Positions 19,186 through 29,945 of a stretch of 64,000 bases of DNA are shown one piece after another. A program made the translations under genes and the position numbers. Within the stretch, counting starts at the first letter, position 1; the number at the start of each line of letters is the position of its first letter. Under the pieces are notes generated by a model. That model ran no database searches and had not been told where the DNA came from. It saw only the letters and a list, made by a program, of their open reading frames with translations. Origin of the DNA: an uncultured virus (IMG/VR IMGVR_UViG_3300028832_000125) (lineage: Duplodnaviria; Heunggongvirae; Uroviricota; Caudoviricetes); the IMG/VR virus record IMGVR_UViG_3300028832_000125; one strand, given 5' to 3'.

Positions 19186-19620
19186 ATGTTTTCGAGTAAT
19201 CAAGTATTAAGGATTTCTGGCAGTTTTAGCCAGTTGGAGCACGCCCTTCAATTTGCTTTGGATTATTCCGGCAACACCAAGAATATGACAAAGGCAGAGC
19301 GAGACAGGGGGTGTAAACTTCTGTTCCAGATAACGGAAGACGGGAAGTATTGTATTGGTTGGGGGTTTGGTGGCGTTCCAGAAGGATGGAATGAGTACCA
19401 GTTTGACTTTGAGACCCCAATCGTGTCACAGATAATCGTTCAGCACATCAAGAAACAGCCAAGGCCAGAAAGTGAATATGACTGGTCTGACGGCGGCACC
19501 TCAGACGGATTCTTGATGAGTTCCATCCGTGACTGTTCTCTGGATGAAAGAAAAGGCATCAAATCGCCTTTCTTCTGTATTGTGGTATTTGAGCCGTTCT
19601 GTTGTTTTTATGCCAAATGA
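19186..19620 (+). CDS. hypothetical protein
   Basis: ORF. Confidence 0.7.
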   Translation: MFSSNQVLRISGSFSQLEHALQFALDYSGNTKNMTKAERDRGCKLLFQITEDGKYCIGWGFGGVPEGWNEYQFDFETPIVSQIIVQHIKKQPRPESEYDWSDGGTSDGFLMSSIRDCSLDERKGIKSPFFCIVVFEPFCCFYAK

Positions 19621-19785
19621 CTATGGAGATAGAAGCAAAGTCTGAGATTATCAGAGGCATGGCCGGAGAGGTGAAGTATTACACCTCTGCCTGTCCGTTC
19701 GGGAGTAAAGAGAAAGTCGGTTCAACAGGATGCAAACTGTGTAAGCATCATGGAGGAATGACTGACGAAGTGGTAACGTGTAATC

Positions 19786-20064
19786 ATGAGTGATATGAAG
19801 AAAGTATTCAAGTACCCAGTTGATATTGAAGATGAGGTGAGTGTGCTGATGCCTAAAGACGCAAAGATTCTCACCGTGCAAGTCCAGAATGACAAGCCGT
19901 GTATCTGGGCTGCTGTTGACCCCACTGAGACGTATAGCGAGTTTCGTAAGTTCCGTATTGCAGGAACTGGCCACAGTATTGAAGACGGTGCGGATGACAA
20001 CTACATCGGGACAATCCAGATGTACGGTGGAAAGTTGGTGTTACACGTATTCGAGATAAAGTAG
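19786..20064 (+). CDS. conserved phage hypothetical protein
   Basis: KVFKYP...ILTVQVQ..PCIWA..GTGH...YIGT pattern. Confidence 0.7.
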   Translation: MSDMKKVFKYPVDIEDEVSVLMPKDAKILTVQVQNDKPCIWAAVDPTETYSEFRKFRIAGTGHSIEDGADDNYIGTIQMYGGKLVLHVFEIK

Positions 20065-20065
20065 T

Positions 20066-20650
20066 ATGAGAAAGTGGATGTTTGATGAGAACTACGGTCT
20101 GGAAAGTGCGGTGCTTGACGGCACGAAGGGAATGACCAGACGTAACGGCAACAGGCCGAATAACGAGTATGACAACTATGTTGCAAACTGCAGGTCTGTC
20201 GGCAAGGAGCCTATGACTCTGAGGGAGTATGCCATCAGTACGAGTCCTGTTCTGGTCGGTGACATTGTAGCCATAGCCCAGAGTTACAGGCGTATGGGAT
20301 ATGACCCGATGTACTGTCCTATCGGCATAGAGGATGGTGTCGGCTCCGTTCCTGGGTGGTCTAATAAGATGTACGTCCGGGCTGACCTATGCAAGAGACA
20401 CGTAAAGGTTACTGGAGTCGATTATCAGTTGCTCTGGGACATTACTGACGATGACTGTCTGAAAGAGGGCATTATTCCTGTCGCTACACCTCATCTGAAA
20501 AAGAAACTGCACTACTCATTCCAGAACAGCGGCAAGGTCTTCGAGACACCCAAGAAAGCGTTTGAGTACCTTATCCGTAAGATGTGCGGTGACAGTTACT
20601 GGGAGTGTGACCCATACGTTTATGTCTTCACCTTTGAACTGATAGACTGA
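20066..20650 (+). CDS. ASCH/PUA-like domain protein
   Basis: AVLDGTKGMTRR...DITDDDCLKEGI...W..DPYVYVFTF. Confidence 0.7.
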   Translation: MRKWMFDENYGLESAVLDGTKGMTRRNGNRPNNEYDNYVANCRSVGKEPMTLREYAISTSPVLVGDIVAIAQSYRRMGYDPMYCPIGIEDGVGSVPGWSNKMYVRADLCKRHVKVTGVDYQLLWDITDDDCLKEGIIPVATPHLKKKLHYSFQNSGKVFETPKKAFEYLIRKMCGDSYWECDPYVYVFTFELID

Positions 20651-21084
20651 TGGCAAAGTTGGAGTACACGGTAAGAGCCCATATCGGGAAGGTGTATGCT
20701 GAGAATCATTTCGGCAGGGCGTTAATCGGTGAGGGTGTCGGTGCCATCGAGGCACTGGCAAGGGAACTGGTCGTAGAACCTGCCAGGGTCGATGCCTTCA
20801 TCGAAGAGTTCAACAAGCACTTTCCAGAACCAGACTGCCCTATAGACATCGTGGTAAGGGTGGATGACGGCTTTGACTTCGGTGACAGGGAGGTACAGGT
20901 CTATAACACGCACACCTTCCGCATCGATGATGTTAAGCTGCCGGAACTGATAGACTGTTCCGTAGTCATGGAGAGGCCGGAAGTACCGCCGCCACCGTAC
21001 AGGCCGAAACTCCTTGCCTATGACAAGCGCAGGAACTACTCAAAGAAAGGTGGTTGGAACCGTATTCGTTCACGTTTATTTTAA
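20650..21084 (+). CDS. hypothetical protein
   Basis: Packed ORF. Confidence 0.6.
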   Translation: MAKLEYTVRAHIGKVYAENHFGRALIGEGVGAIEALARELVVEPARVDAFIEEFNKHFPEPDCPIDIVVRVDDGFDFGDREVQVYNTHTFRIDDVKLPELIDCSVVMERPEVPPPPYRPKLLAYDKRRNYSKKGGWNRIRSRLF

Positions 21085-21095
21085 TCGATAAAGGT

Positions 21096-21710
21096 ATGTT
21101 TATATTAGGAAGAGGCAAAGCCAGAAACAGGAAGACGGGCGAAACCGTCTATGTTGTCAGCCACAACGGAGAGGGTGACAAACGGAGAAAGACGGATTGG
21201 GTCAGTTACATTGACGCTAATCTGGAAGAGCACGAAATGGTCAAAGGGCTTAACGTCTATTGGGATTTCGAGGAAGTCAGCAACTATGAGGAAAGAGAGA
21301 AGGTCAGGGCCTATGAGACGCACCTGTGCATATTCTCTGGAATGGCCATGCAGTCGCTCATGCGTACAAAGAGAATCGAGGATTTGAATGAGGAAGGTTG
21401 TGTTGATTTCCTTACCAATCTGTCTATCGACTACGCCAAGGAACTTTGTGCCAAACTGGATAAGGTTGATTTGGAAGAGTTGATGAATCCGAAGCAGGAG
21501 CCGGAACCAGAGGAAAAGTATGAAGTTGCCATTGGCGAGACGGTGGAGTTCCAAGGTGAGCGTTTCCATTCCACGGAAGTAGCGGATAATGAAGACTGTA
21601 CTGGCTGCGCGTTCAAAGAGATTGAAGACTGCAAATTCTGCGGCTATTGCTACAAAGACAATCGCAGTGACGGTAAGTGTGTCATCTTCGTGAAAGGAGG
21701 TAGCAAATGA
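21096..21710 (+). CDS. hypothetical protein with Cys-rich C-terminus
   Basis: ORF. Confidence 0.65.
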   Translation: MFILGRGKARNRKTGETVYVVSHNGEGDKRRKTDWVSYIDANLEEHEMVKGLNVYWDFEEVSNYEEREKVRAYETHLCIFSGMAMQSLMRTKRIEDLNEEGCVDFLTNLSIDYAKELCAKLDKVDLEELMNPKQEPEPEEKYEVAIGETVEFQGERFHSTEVADNEDCTGCAFKEIEDCKFCGYCYKDNRSDGKCVIFVKGGSK

Positions 21711-22084
21711 AGATTCTACCATACGAGACTATCAGCCTGTCAGCAAACAGGCCAGACAGGTGTATCACTCCATGCCCTTACGGTCAGAAGCATCCAAGCG
21801 GCAATCCTATCAAGGTGGGTTCTGGAGGCTGTCGTATATGTCCGCATTTCGGTGACCTCATAGACTATCCCAAACAGGTGAAGTGCAACCATCCAGACAC
21901 AGAGAAAGGAGGCGAGTGATGGAAGAGCAGGTAATTGAGTTGTTCGGCATGAAGTTGAAGATTGTCGAAGATGATGGTTCAAAGTGTGACGGTTGCGCAC
22001 TGGAATCTCTGGACGTTTGCCATCCGCAGGCGTGTGCGACAACCAAAGGTGAGTACAATAGACATTTCGTAAGAATTGAAGGAT

Positions 22085-22423
22085 ATGCCGATAAAGCCAG
22101 AAAATAAGAAGCGTTACCCTGCCAACTGGAAGCAGATACGTGCATCCATACTGGAGAGGGCACATAACCGTTGCGAGTTCTGCGGCAAGCAGAATCACAC
22201 CTACTTCTGGAATGAGAAAACGCACAAGATGGTTATGGTGGTGCTTACCATAGCCCACCTTGACCATACGCCAGAGAACTGTGACCCAGAGAATCTGCGT
22301 GCCCTCTGCCAAGCCTGCCACAACAGGTATGATGCAAAGCACAGGGCTGAAACGCGCTCGTTTGCGAGGGCTTACCAGAAGGATGCGGAAGAGGCAAGGC
22401 AGAAGGGAGGTGAACTATGGTAG
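22085..22423 (+). CDS. HNH endonuclease
   Basis: CEFCG...LTIAHLDH.PEN...NLRALCQACHNRYD. Confidence 0.85.
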   Translation: MPIKPENKKRYPANWKQIRASILERAHNRCEFCGKQNHTYFWNEKTHKMVMVVLTIAHLDHTPENCDPENLRALCQACHNRYDAKHRAETRSFARAYQKDAEEARQKGGELW

Positions 22424-22586
22424 TCCAGAGATTAACGCCCGCAGGCTATTGCCTCAATAATATGGATGAGGCCGAATTGCGCTCACTCCAAAGACTGATA
22501 AAGTCCGGCGGTCTCGTTGATGGCCGTGACTGGAACGGAATATCAAACCAGATAGATGAAATGTTAAACCCTAAAAAGCAAGAGAA

Positions 22587-23039
22587 ATGAAAAGTGGAGT
22601 AATGGTTGACGGCATCCATTTGCCGACTGAGGTAGAAGAGTTCTCGAATACCAACACTATTGAGGTAGAGGTGGGAACCAACGGCTACAAAGGTGGAGAG
22701 ACTGAGAAAGGCTGTCGCACGTATTTCCGTATCAAGGATTTGGGCGGTACTGATATGCGGTGCGACTTCGAGCCTCTGGATAAGGGTAACAATGTAGGTG
22801 AAGTCACTATCACGTTCGGAGGTGATGCAGAGTTGAAGACGTTCCTCAGCGGCTTGCGGTTTTCCGTCAACGTCCTGGAGGCGAGGACTGGCAGGCTATC
22901 GTCTATGGTCATCCTCACTGATGATGAGGTCGGTGTCCTGCTGCAACTGCTACAGTCGTGGATAAAGTGCGGTAAGAATATGTATAGTTCCATCTGCCAG
23001 GACATCAAGGATAAACTGGAAAGGAGGTATGATGTATGA
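22587..23039 (+). CDS. hypothetical protein
   Basis: ORF. Confidence 0.7.
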   Translation: MKSGVMVDGIHLPTEVEEFSNTNTIEVEVGTNGYKGGETEKGCRTYFRIKDLGGTDMRCDFEPLDKGNNVGEVTITFGGDAELKTFLSGLRFSVNVLEARTGRLSSMVILTDDEVGVLLQLLQSWIKCGKNMYSSICQDIKDKLERRYDV

Positions 23040-23369
23040 AGAAAGTAAACTGCTATCGTTGCGACTATGTTTGCCACTCATCCTACATATCCATGCAGGA
23101 GTGTGAAACAGAGGATTTGCTGTGTGCGCACCCCTCTTACGATGGTGCCGCTCCTATTGATTGTGTGACCGTATGCCCGAAATCAAAGAGAAAAAGAAGA
23201 TGAAATACCTTGTTATCTGTAAAGACCAGACGGCATTCTGGACTGACTGGTACACCTATGAAAACATGTGGAATGGTGAGACCATCCACTGTGTTATTGA
23301 TGTTGCTGCCGACAAAGTTACATTCAATGGTAAGGACTGGCAGGAAGTTGAATATGACCATCTGTAATC

Positions 23370-23759
23370 ATGGCGAAGTTTATCATAGAGAAGTTTGACC
23401 CCGTCATCTACCCTCGCAAGGTGTGGGTGGCCAAGGGTGGTGACAAGCACGACCTCGAAAGAGTGTTCAATGACATTGAAGGTGATTCGTATCAGGTGAG
23501 TAATATGATAGTAAACTCATCGTATGCCATTACTGATGATGTCAGCGAAAAGAAGTCCGGGGATTATGGTGTTATCGTCTGGCTCCACAAAATTGATGAC
23601 ATCACAGAGGGTATAGCGGCGCATGAGGCAGACCATGCGGCAAACCGCATATTCAAGGCCATAGGCGCAACAGTTGACTGTGACAATGATGAGACTCATT
23701 CCTATCTGGTCGGTTTCATCACCGATTGCATCTGGAAGGTAATAAAACGTAAAGCATAA
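23370..23759 (+). CDS. HExxH metallopeptidase-like protein
   Basis: IAAHEADH...E..SY. Confidence 0.55.
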   Translation: MAKFIIEKFDPVIYPRKVWVAKGGDKHDLERVFNDIEGDSYQVSNMIVNSSYAITDDVSEKKSGDYGVIVWLHKIDDITEGIAAHEADHAANRIFKAIGATVDCDNDETHSYLVGFITDCIWKVIKRKA

Positions 23760-24007
23760 TGACTATGGATAAGGAAAAGAAAAGTGAGTACAACAGACGG
23801 TACTACGAGTCCCACAAGGATGAAATTCTGACAGCCCGGAAGTTGTCTGATAAAAAGTCGGTGGCCGCAGATCCTGTTTCCCATCGCAAAGCCTCGCGCG
23901 AGTACTACCATCGTAAGAAAGCCACTGAGACACCAGAGGAACGTGAGGCCAGAAATGCCAGACGCAGGGAGCGGTACAAGTCCAATAAAGCAACCCCAGA
24001 GACACTT

Positions 24008-24125
24008 GGTTAAATAGGGTTAAGTGACTGAAAATAAAGGCTTTTCCGTTTTGATTATTCAGAAATTTTTTGTAACTTTGTAGTACAAAAGATGAAATAA
24101 TAACTTTCAAAATTTTAGAGCAATG
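24008..24125 (+). promoter_or_regulatory. class A promoter cassette 2
   Basis: Same repeated block, ending TAGAGCAATG. Confidence 0.8.
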
Positions 24126-24515
24126 ATACAGTCAGAATTTGAAACGAGAGTCGGAATGAGAGTCACACCAGAAGAGTATTCTCATATCGAGGTTGTTTAC
24201 ATGAACTCCGATGTTGACAAGGATGAATTTTGCAGAATGTGGGCCAGGATGAACCAGAGCCGCATCAAGGTTGCAAAGGAGAGAGCCAAGGCCGTTGAGG
24301 AATTGCAGCAGCTTCACAGTCAGATGTGGAGAATCATTGAGAAGTACGCCCCCAAGGACTGGTTCTGGAAGGAGCAGAACTACGCTGACATGGTGATGAC
24401 CATCACCGAGGTCAAAAGATGCAAGAAGGCCGGAATCGAGTTGTCGGAGAATGGCAGGGCCTCAAACCTCAGTACTGTCCTCTGGAAAATCCGCAAGTAT
24501 CTGAAAGCAGCATAA
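24123..24515 (+). CDS. hypothetical protein
   Basis: First ORF of cassette. Confidence 0.75.
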   Translation: MIQSEFETRVGMRVTPEEYSHIEVVYMNSDVDKDEFCRMWARMNQSRIKVAKERAKAVEELQQLHSQMWRIIEKYAPKDWFWKEQNYADMVMTITEVKRCKKAGIELSENGRASNLSTVLWKIRKYLKAA

Positions 24516-24562
24516 CAAGGTCACGGGGTGGCCAACCACCACCCCACCTAAATATAAGAGCA

Positions 24563-24919
24563 ATGAAAACGATTAAGGAAACGAAAGCCTACCAGATGGC
24601 AGTTGAGAATCTGGAAAACGAGAGTTACGACCTACAGGACAGTTTCAAGAATGAGGCCATAGCCCTTGCAGTTGCAGACCTTGAAGCGAAGTTGCACAGT
24701 AACGCTAACAATGCCACCGTGCAGATGGGTGACTTCATCATCAAGGCCAGAAGTACCCGCACCGCCTCCTTCGTGAGCGTGTCACATGAAGACTGCGGCA
24801 CAGGAGTTTCGCGCTCCCTCGCCTCTCTGGTTGACGGCAAGAGACCCGCCACCGATGATGAGATTAAGAACCTCGTTGAAATGGTCAATGAAGCCTGGTA
24901 TCACTGCGTAAACGATTAG
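24563..24919 (+). CDS. hypothetical protein
   Basis: AAGAGCA-ATG start. Confidence 0.7.
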   Translation: MKTIKETKAYQMAVENLENESYDLQDSFKNEAIALAVADLEAKLHSNANNATVQMGDFIIKARSTRTASFVSVSHEDCGTGVSRSLASLVDGKRPATDDEIKNLVEMVNEAWYHCVND

Positions 24920-24921
24920 CC

Positions 24922-25203
24922 ATGAGTCCAGAGGAAATCAAGGCATCTGCCTATAAGAGCATCAAGGAGCAGTTGGATAGCCTGTTTGCAAAGGGAGGCA
25001 TCCCTAACCTCAGAGCGTTCCAGAAGATTATCCGTGACCTCAGAAAGCGCATAAAGCTGTTGGATGGCGGCACCGCTTTCTTCGCAAGGAGTCTGGAAGA
25101 TGTCGAGAAAGCGCAGTTGCAGTCTGCGAGACTGAGCGGCCAACTCCAAGCATACAAAGAGCGGTACGACTGGATAAGGGCAAAGTTAAAGGAAACAGCA
25201 TAA
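24922..25203 (+). CDS. hypothetical protein
   Basis: Packed ORF. Confidence 0.6.
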   Translation: MSPEEIKASAYKSIKEQLDSLFAKGGIPNLRAFQKIIRDLRKRIKLLDGGTAFFARSLEDVEKAQLQSARLSGQLQAYKERYDWIRAKLKETA

Positions 25204-25215
25204 AAATCAAGAGCA

Positions 25216-25644
25216 ATGAAAATCGTCAATCAAGCATTATTAAAAGTCGCAGAAGAGGTAGCCAGACGTTTCGGCTACATCGAAGTCGAGCATTACACCC
25301 AGAATCTGATGAAGTCCGATTTTTGGGGTACATCGTTCTATGCCACAAAGCAGTATGTGGAATCTGAATATAAGGAGATACCCACCTTTGAGGTAGTGAA
25401 GTATATCCTGCCTGTCTTCGAGGATGAGAAGGATGAGAATAAGAGCCGTCCACGTATCGAGTTGAGGGTGCGCTTCCGTAACCCGCGCATCGGCATCTAT
25501 TTCCCAGAAGGTGGATATGTCGGTCTGGAATATTCACCAGAGGGCGAGTTCAAGGAGGCCCAGATATTCGATGAGAGAGGGTATGACTACCTGCCTGTCA
25601 TCAAAGAGAAGGTTGCTCACTGGATTAACAAGTTGAAGTCATGA
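25216..25644 (+). CDS. hypothetical protein
   Basis: AAGAGCA-ATG start. Confidence 0.7.
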   Translation: MKIVNQALLKVAEEVARRFGYIEVEHYTQNLMKSDFWGTSFYATKQYVESEYKEIPTFEVVKYILPVFEDEKDENKSRPRIELRVRFRNPRIGIYFPEGGYVGLEYSPEGEFKEAQIFDERGYDYLPVIKEKVAHWINKLKS

Positions 25645-25991
25645 AGGTTTTTGATATTCTTCCAAAGGTGGTGCAGTGGGAGTCCATAGAGTATGCTCCA
25701 GACTTCATCTGTCCCGAATGCGGAAAGAGTGCCATCAAGGGCAAGAACCTCTACATGCAGCCCGTATTAGAGAAACCCGACCTCGTAGGATGGTGCGAGA
25801 CAAATAATGGCTACATGGCCGTCTTCGAGTGCCCGTGCTGTCATTCAAAGTACCGTTTCCATCCTCACATGACACTGTTTGACGCTGACCAGTTTGACTT
25901 CTATCTGGGTGCCTATTATATAAACCAAGGCGAAACAGAGTGGATAGCAAACGCGAAAGAGTTGTACGAGAAACTTGAAAAGTCCAAGTGA
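25641..25991 (+). CDS. zinc-ribbon protein
   Basis: CPECG...ECPCCH. Confidence 0.65.
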   Translation: MKVFDILPKVVQWESIEYAPDFICPECGKSAIKGKNLYMQPVLEKPDLVGWCETNNGYMAVFECPCCHSKYRFHPHMTLFDADQFDFYLGAYYINQGETEWIANAKELYEKLEKSK

Positions 25992-25992
25992 T

Positions 25993-26430
25993 ATGAGTTC
26001 CAAAAAGTGCATAGTGAAGATAGCCGTTAGCGGTGAAACTGACTACTTCCATATCGATGATGTGGTCTATTACCGTTCCGGCATGTCCCCAGACTTCGTT
26101 ACCAGGTGGCTATGGTACTTCGATTATCTGGCTGCTCTGGTGAAAGTCCATAACCCCAGACGAAGGGTTGAGTTGGTGAAAGGCCCGACTGACATTCTGC
26201 TTGGCAAAGAGTGGCACGAATACCGTAGAGGTGTGTTGTTGAAGTCAAGAATGGCCAAGTTGAAGAAACTGGAAAAGGGAGTTGCTGATGATGACCTGTT
26301 CCACTTCAAGAGCCAGGACAATGAGGCTGAACGTGCCAAGGTGCAGAGTCAGATAGACGCTCTGGAAAAAGATGAGTTTCCCATTCCAGAGTTCCCAGAG
26401 TATATCAATAAAATCAAGCAGTATGTATAG
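25993..26430 (+). CDS. hypothetical protein
   Basis: ORF. Confidence 0.6.
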   Translation: MSSKKCIVKIAVSGETDYFHIDDVVYYRSGMSPDFVTRWLWYFDYLAALVKVHNPRRRVELVKGPTDILLGKEWHEYRRGVLLKSRMAKLKKLEKGVADDDLFHFKSQDNEAERAKVQSQIDALEKDEFPIPEFPEYINKIKQYV

Positions 26431-26848
26431 GCCACTGGAACCAGATGATTATGTGTCTTTCTTCGTGCTGAAAGGAGCCGGGCAGTCATACAGGAACATC
26501 GGCCTGCTGTTCGGCTGTTCTGCCACCACAGTAAGAAAGTACCTGGTAAACAACTACGAGTTTGCGAAATCTGAGGCCGAAAGAAAGTACGGCAGAAAGG
26601 AGAGGGTATGCAGTTCGGAATAAACTGGAATGACGGCTACGAAGTGACCGTGATAATGGTTGGGGAGCATGGTTACCCAAGGCATTATCCTCTGAGGAAC
26701 TTCGGCCACCATCAAGGTGATGCCCGGATTTTCAAAGAGGTTGACTGTCCGAAACTGACAGATGTTCAACTGCGTATGCTGATTAAGAACTATGACCCTA
26801 AAGTGAAGTACAAGCGTATCAATGGCAAACAATTCAAAAGAGAATAGT

Positions 26849-28501
26849 ATGGAAGATATTAAGTTGTTGTATATCGACCTGTTTTGCGGTGCGGGTGGCA
26901 CCTCTACAGGAGTTGAAAATGCTATGTTCCATGGCCGCAAGTGTGCCAAGGTCATAGCATGTGTGAATCACGATGCCAACGCAATAGCCTCGCATGCAGC
27001 CAATCATCCAGAGGCGGTGCATTTTACTGAGGACATAAGAACATTGGAGTTAACGCCCATGGTGGAGCACCTAAAGAAGATGAGACTCAAATACCCGCAG
27101 GCTTATGTTGTCCTCTGGGCCAGTCTGGAGTGTACAAATTTCAGCAAGGCCAAAGGTGGTATGCCGAGAGACGCAGACAGTCGCACACTGGCAGAACACC
27201 TCTTCCGATATATTGAAGCCCTTGACCCTCATTTCATACAAATTGAGAATGTCGAAGAGTTTATGAGTTGGGGTGACATGGATGAGCACGGCCATCCCAT
27301 CAGCAAGGATAAAGGCCGCTGTTACCTCAGATGGATTCAGAACGTGCAGGCTTACGGGTATGACTATCACTGGCGCATACTGAACGCTGCCGACTACGGA
27401 GCCTATACCAGTAGAAAGCGTTTCTTCGGCCAGTTTGCCAAATTCGGCCTGCCTATCACGTTCCCTGTTGCCACCCACTCCAAGGATGGTGATACGGGTG
27501 GAATGTTCGGGGACATGAAGAAATGGAAGCCCGTTAAAGACGTTCTGGACTTCAAGGATGAGGGTGAGAGTATATTTGGCCGTAAGAAGCCGCTCGTTGA
27601 AAAGACCCTCGAAAGGATATATGCAGGTCTGATAAAATTCGTGGCCGGAATGAACCAGAAAGACTTTGCGGCATTCATCGTGAAGTACAACTCCATGAAT
27701 CAGAGTGGACGCTATACGCCCCCGTCCATCGATGAGCCGTGTCCTACTGTTGCCTGCCAGAACCGTCTCGGTGTGGCACAGGTGCATTTCCTGTCGAAGC
27801 AGTTCTCTGGCAGTCCGTCAGACAAGAATATCAGCGTGGAAGGGCCTGCAGGTGCCTTGACGTGCAAAGACCATCACGCCCTCGTTGGGGCTGAGTTCCT
27901 GTCGGTACACTACGGCAATGGCTACAATGCCCCTCTGGATAGGCCGTCACCTACACTGACAACCAAAGACCGCTTCGAGAAGGTCAAGCCGTGCTTTCTG
28001 GATATGCAGTACGGCAACGGTACGCCGTCATCCATCGATGTGCCCGCTCCAACCGCCACCACCAACCCCAAGTATCAGTTGGTGACCGCAGAGCAGCATA
28101 CCGTGAAGACCCATTATCTGATGAATCCTCAGTTTGCCAGTAAAGGCGGCTCGGTGGATGACCCCTGCTTCACTCTGATAGCCCGCATGGATAAGATGCC
28201 TCCGTACCTCATCAGCACGGAGCAGGGACTGGGTATAGAGGTATATGAGACAGACAGCCCCATGACTAAGAAGATTAAGGAGTTCATGGCCATGTACGAC
28301 ATCATAGACATCAAAATGCGCATGTTGAAGATTAAGGAGTTGAAGCGTATCATGGGCTTCCCAGATGACTATGTTCTGAAAGGCAGTCAGTCCGAGCAGA
28401 AGAAATTCATAGGAAATGCCGTGGAGGTAGGCATGGCGAGAGTTCTCTGCGAGGCCCTGTGTGAGCGTCTGGATGAGAGGGAAAGGAGGGTGGCCGTATG
28501 A
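26849..28501 (+). CDS. C5-cytosine DNA methyltransferase
   Basis: DLFCGAGG, SLECTNFS (variant motif IV), ENV, YGAYTSRKR, IGNAV. Confidence 0.9.
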   Translation: MEDIKLLYIDLFCGAGGTSTGVENAMFHGRKCAKVIACVNHDANAIASHAANHPEAVHFTEDIRTLELTPMVEHLKKMRLKYPQAYVVLWASLECTNFSKAKGGMPRDADSRTLAEHLFRYIEALDPHFIQIENVEEFMSWGDMDEHGHPISKDKGRCYLRWIQNVQAYGYDYHWRILNAADYGAYTSRKRFFGQFAKFGLPITFPVATHSKDGDTGGMFGDMKKWKPVKDVLDFKDEGESIFGRKKPLVEKTLERIYAGLIKFVAGMNQKDFAAFIVKYNSMNQSGRYTPPSIDEPCPTVACQNRLGVAQVHFLSKQFSGSPSDKNISVEGPAGALTCKDHHALVGAEFLSVHYGNGYNAPLDRPSPTLTTKDRFEKVKPCFLDMQYGNGTPSSIDVPAPTATTNPKYQLVTAEQHTVKTHYLMNPQFASKGGSVDDPCFTLIARMDKMPPYLISTEQGLGIEVYETDSPMTKKIKEFMAMYDIIDIKMRMLKIKELKRIMGFPDDYVLKGSQSEQKKFIGNAVEVGMARVLCEALCERLDERERRVAV

Positions 28502-28709
28502 TTACCTACGTCCCCAATGCGTTCATACCGCAGGAACAGGTTAAGTGTCCCTTCGGTGAAAGAGACCTCCAGAATGATGTGTGCTATTCCGGCGGTGGCC
28601 ATAACCGCTGCCCGTACTTCATCCGCTACGAGTGGTGCAACGAGCACAACGGCTGCATAGCCTGTAGTCACCCGCCAATTCCAAAGGCAGTACAGTTGGA
28701 TTTATTTGA

Positions 28710-29186
28710 ATGAGTATGCTTACCGATAAGTTGAAGCGTCTGGATGCCAAGTACGCCAGACCCAGAGAAGAGAGAAGGTATCTGTCTGTCTATTACGGGT
28801 GGGCTAAGATAAACAAAATCCAGAAACGCGAGGCTCTGGTTGTCATATTCCTCAACGGAGAGCCGGGGCCGAGAATCGGTAAAGACGGACAGGATGGCGT
28901 GACCAAGTGGATGAATCCCGTGTACAGGCGGTGGCAGACGGCAGAGGAAGCCAGTGACGCAGATCACGTCAACCGTATGTACACGTCATACAGTCTCTTC
29001 ATGGATGATAAGAAATTCGGCGGTAGTCTCGAGGCCGTCCTGGAATACAACTCAGAGGCCGATAAAAACCATGTGTCGGAACCAGAGAGAAACAAGATTA
29101 AGGAGTTGCTGAGAACCAGTTACATTGCGTCCCATCCGACCTATAAAGAGCCGCAGGTGAGGCAATTATCGCTGTTTGGCATGTAA
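28710..29186 (+). CDS. hypothetical protein ending QLSLF
   Basis: ORF. Confidence 0.65.
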   Translation: MSMLTDKLKRLDAKYARPREERRYLSVYYGWAKINKIQKREALVVIFLNGEPGPRIGKDGQDGVTKWMNPVYRRWQTAEEASDADHVNRMYTSYSLFMDDKKFGGSLEAVLEYNSEADKNHVSEPERNKIKELLRTSYIASHPTYKEPQVRQLSLFGM

Positions 29187-29200
29187 ATTCAATGAAAATT

Positions 29201-29242
29201 CGCTAAAATTATTTGTTATTCAAATAGTTTTAACTATCTTTG
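29201..29242 (+). promoter_or_regulatory. class B promoter
   Basis: TATTTGTTATTCAAATA at 29210; TATCTTTG at 29235. Confidence 0.75.
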
Positions 29243-29267
29243 CACCAAATTACAAAATATATCAGAT

Positions 29268-29945
29268 ATGGAAGTAGAATTGAAAACCATCCCTTTGACG
29301 TTACTTGATGTGTCTAGCATCCAGTACAATACGGGCCAGATAAAAGGTCTGCCAAAGAACCCGCGCTTTTTCCGAGACAACCGCTATAGGCTGATGAAGA
29401 AGTCTATTGAGGAATCGCCGGAAATGCTGTATCTTCGTGAAATCATCGTCTATCCTGTTGATGATTCGTTTGTCGCTATCGGCGGTAACCTCAGACTGAG
29501 GGCCTGCAAGGAACTGGGGTTCAAGGAAGTCCCGTGTAAGATTCTGCCAGTAGAGACCCCAACTAAGAAACTGAGGGAGTACGCATCCAAGGATAACGTT
29601 TCCTTCGGTGAGAATGATGTGGAGTCCATGCGCCAGGAGTGGAACATCGAAGAGTTGATGGGTTGGGGTGTCGAACTTCCAGAGGAAAAGAAAAAGGATG
29701 CCTTTGAGCAGCGTTTCAACGGCATCAAAGATGAGGATGCAATATATCCCATGATTCCCAAGTATGATGAAAAGCATGAGTTATTCATCATTCATTCCTC
29801 TAACGAGGTCGATAGTAACTGGCTTCGTGAGAAACTCGGTATGCAGCGTATGAAGTCATACAAGAGTGGCAGATTATCCAAGAGTAATGTTATCAGTATA
29901 GAAGACGTGCGCCATGCCCTTGAAGATAGTAATTCCAAGTCATAA
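29268..29945 (+). CDS. ParB/Srx N-terminal domain protein
   Basis: KNPR...IGGNLRLRACKELG...DN. Confidence 0.8.
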   Translation: MEVELKTIPLTLLDVSSIQYNTGQIKGLPKNPRFFRDNRYRLMKKSIEESPEMLYLREIIVYPVDDSFVAIGGNLRLRACKELGFKEVPCKILPVETPTKKLREYASKDNVSFGENDVESMRQEWNIEELMGWGVELPEEKKKDAFEQRFNGIKDEDAIYPMIPKYDEKHELFIIHSSNEVDSNWLREKLGMQRMKSYKSGRLSKSNVISIEDVRHALEDSNSKS

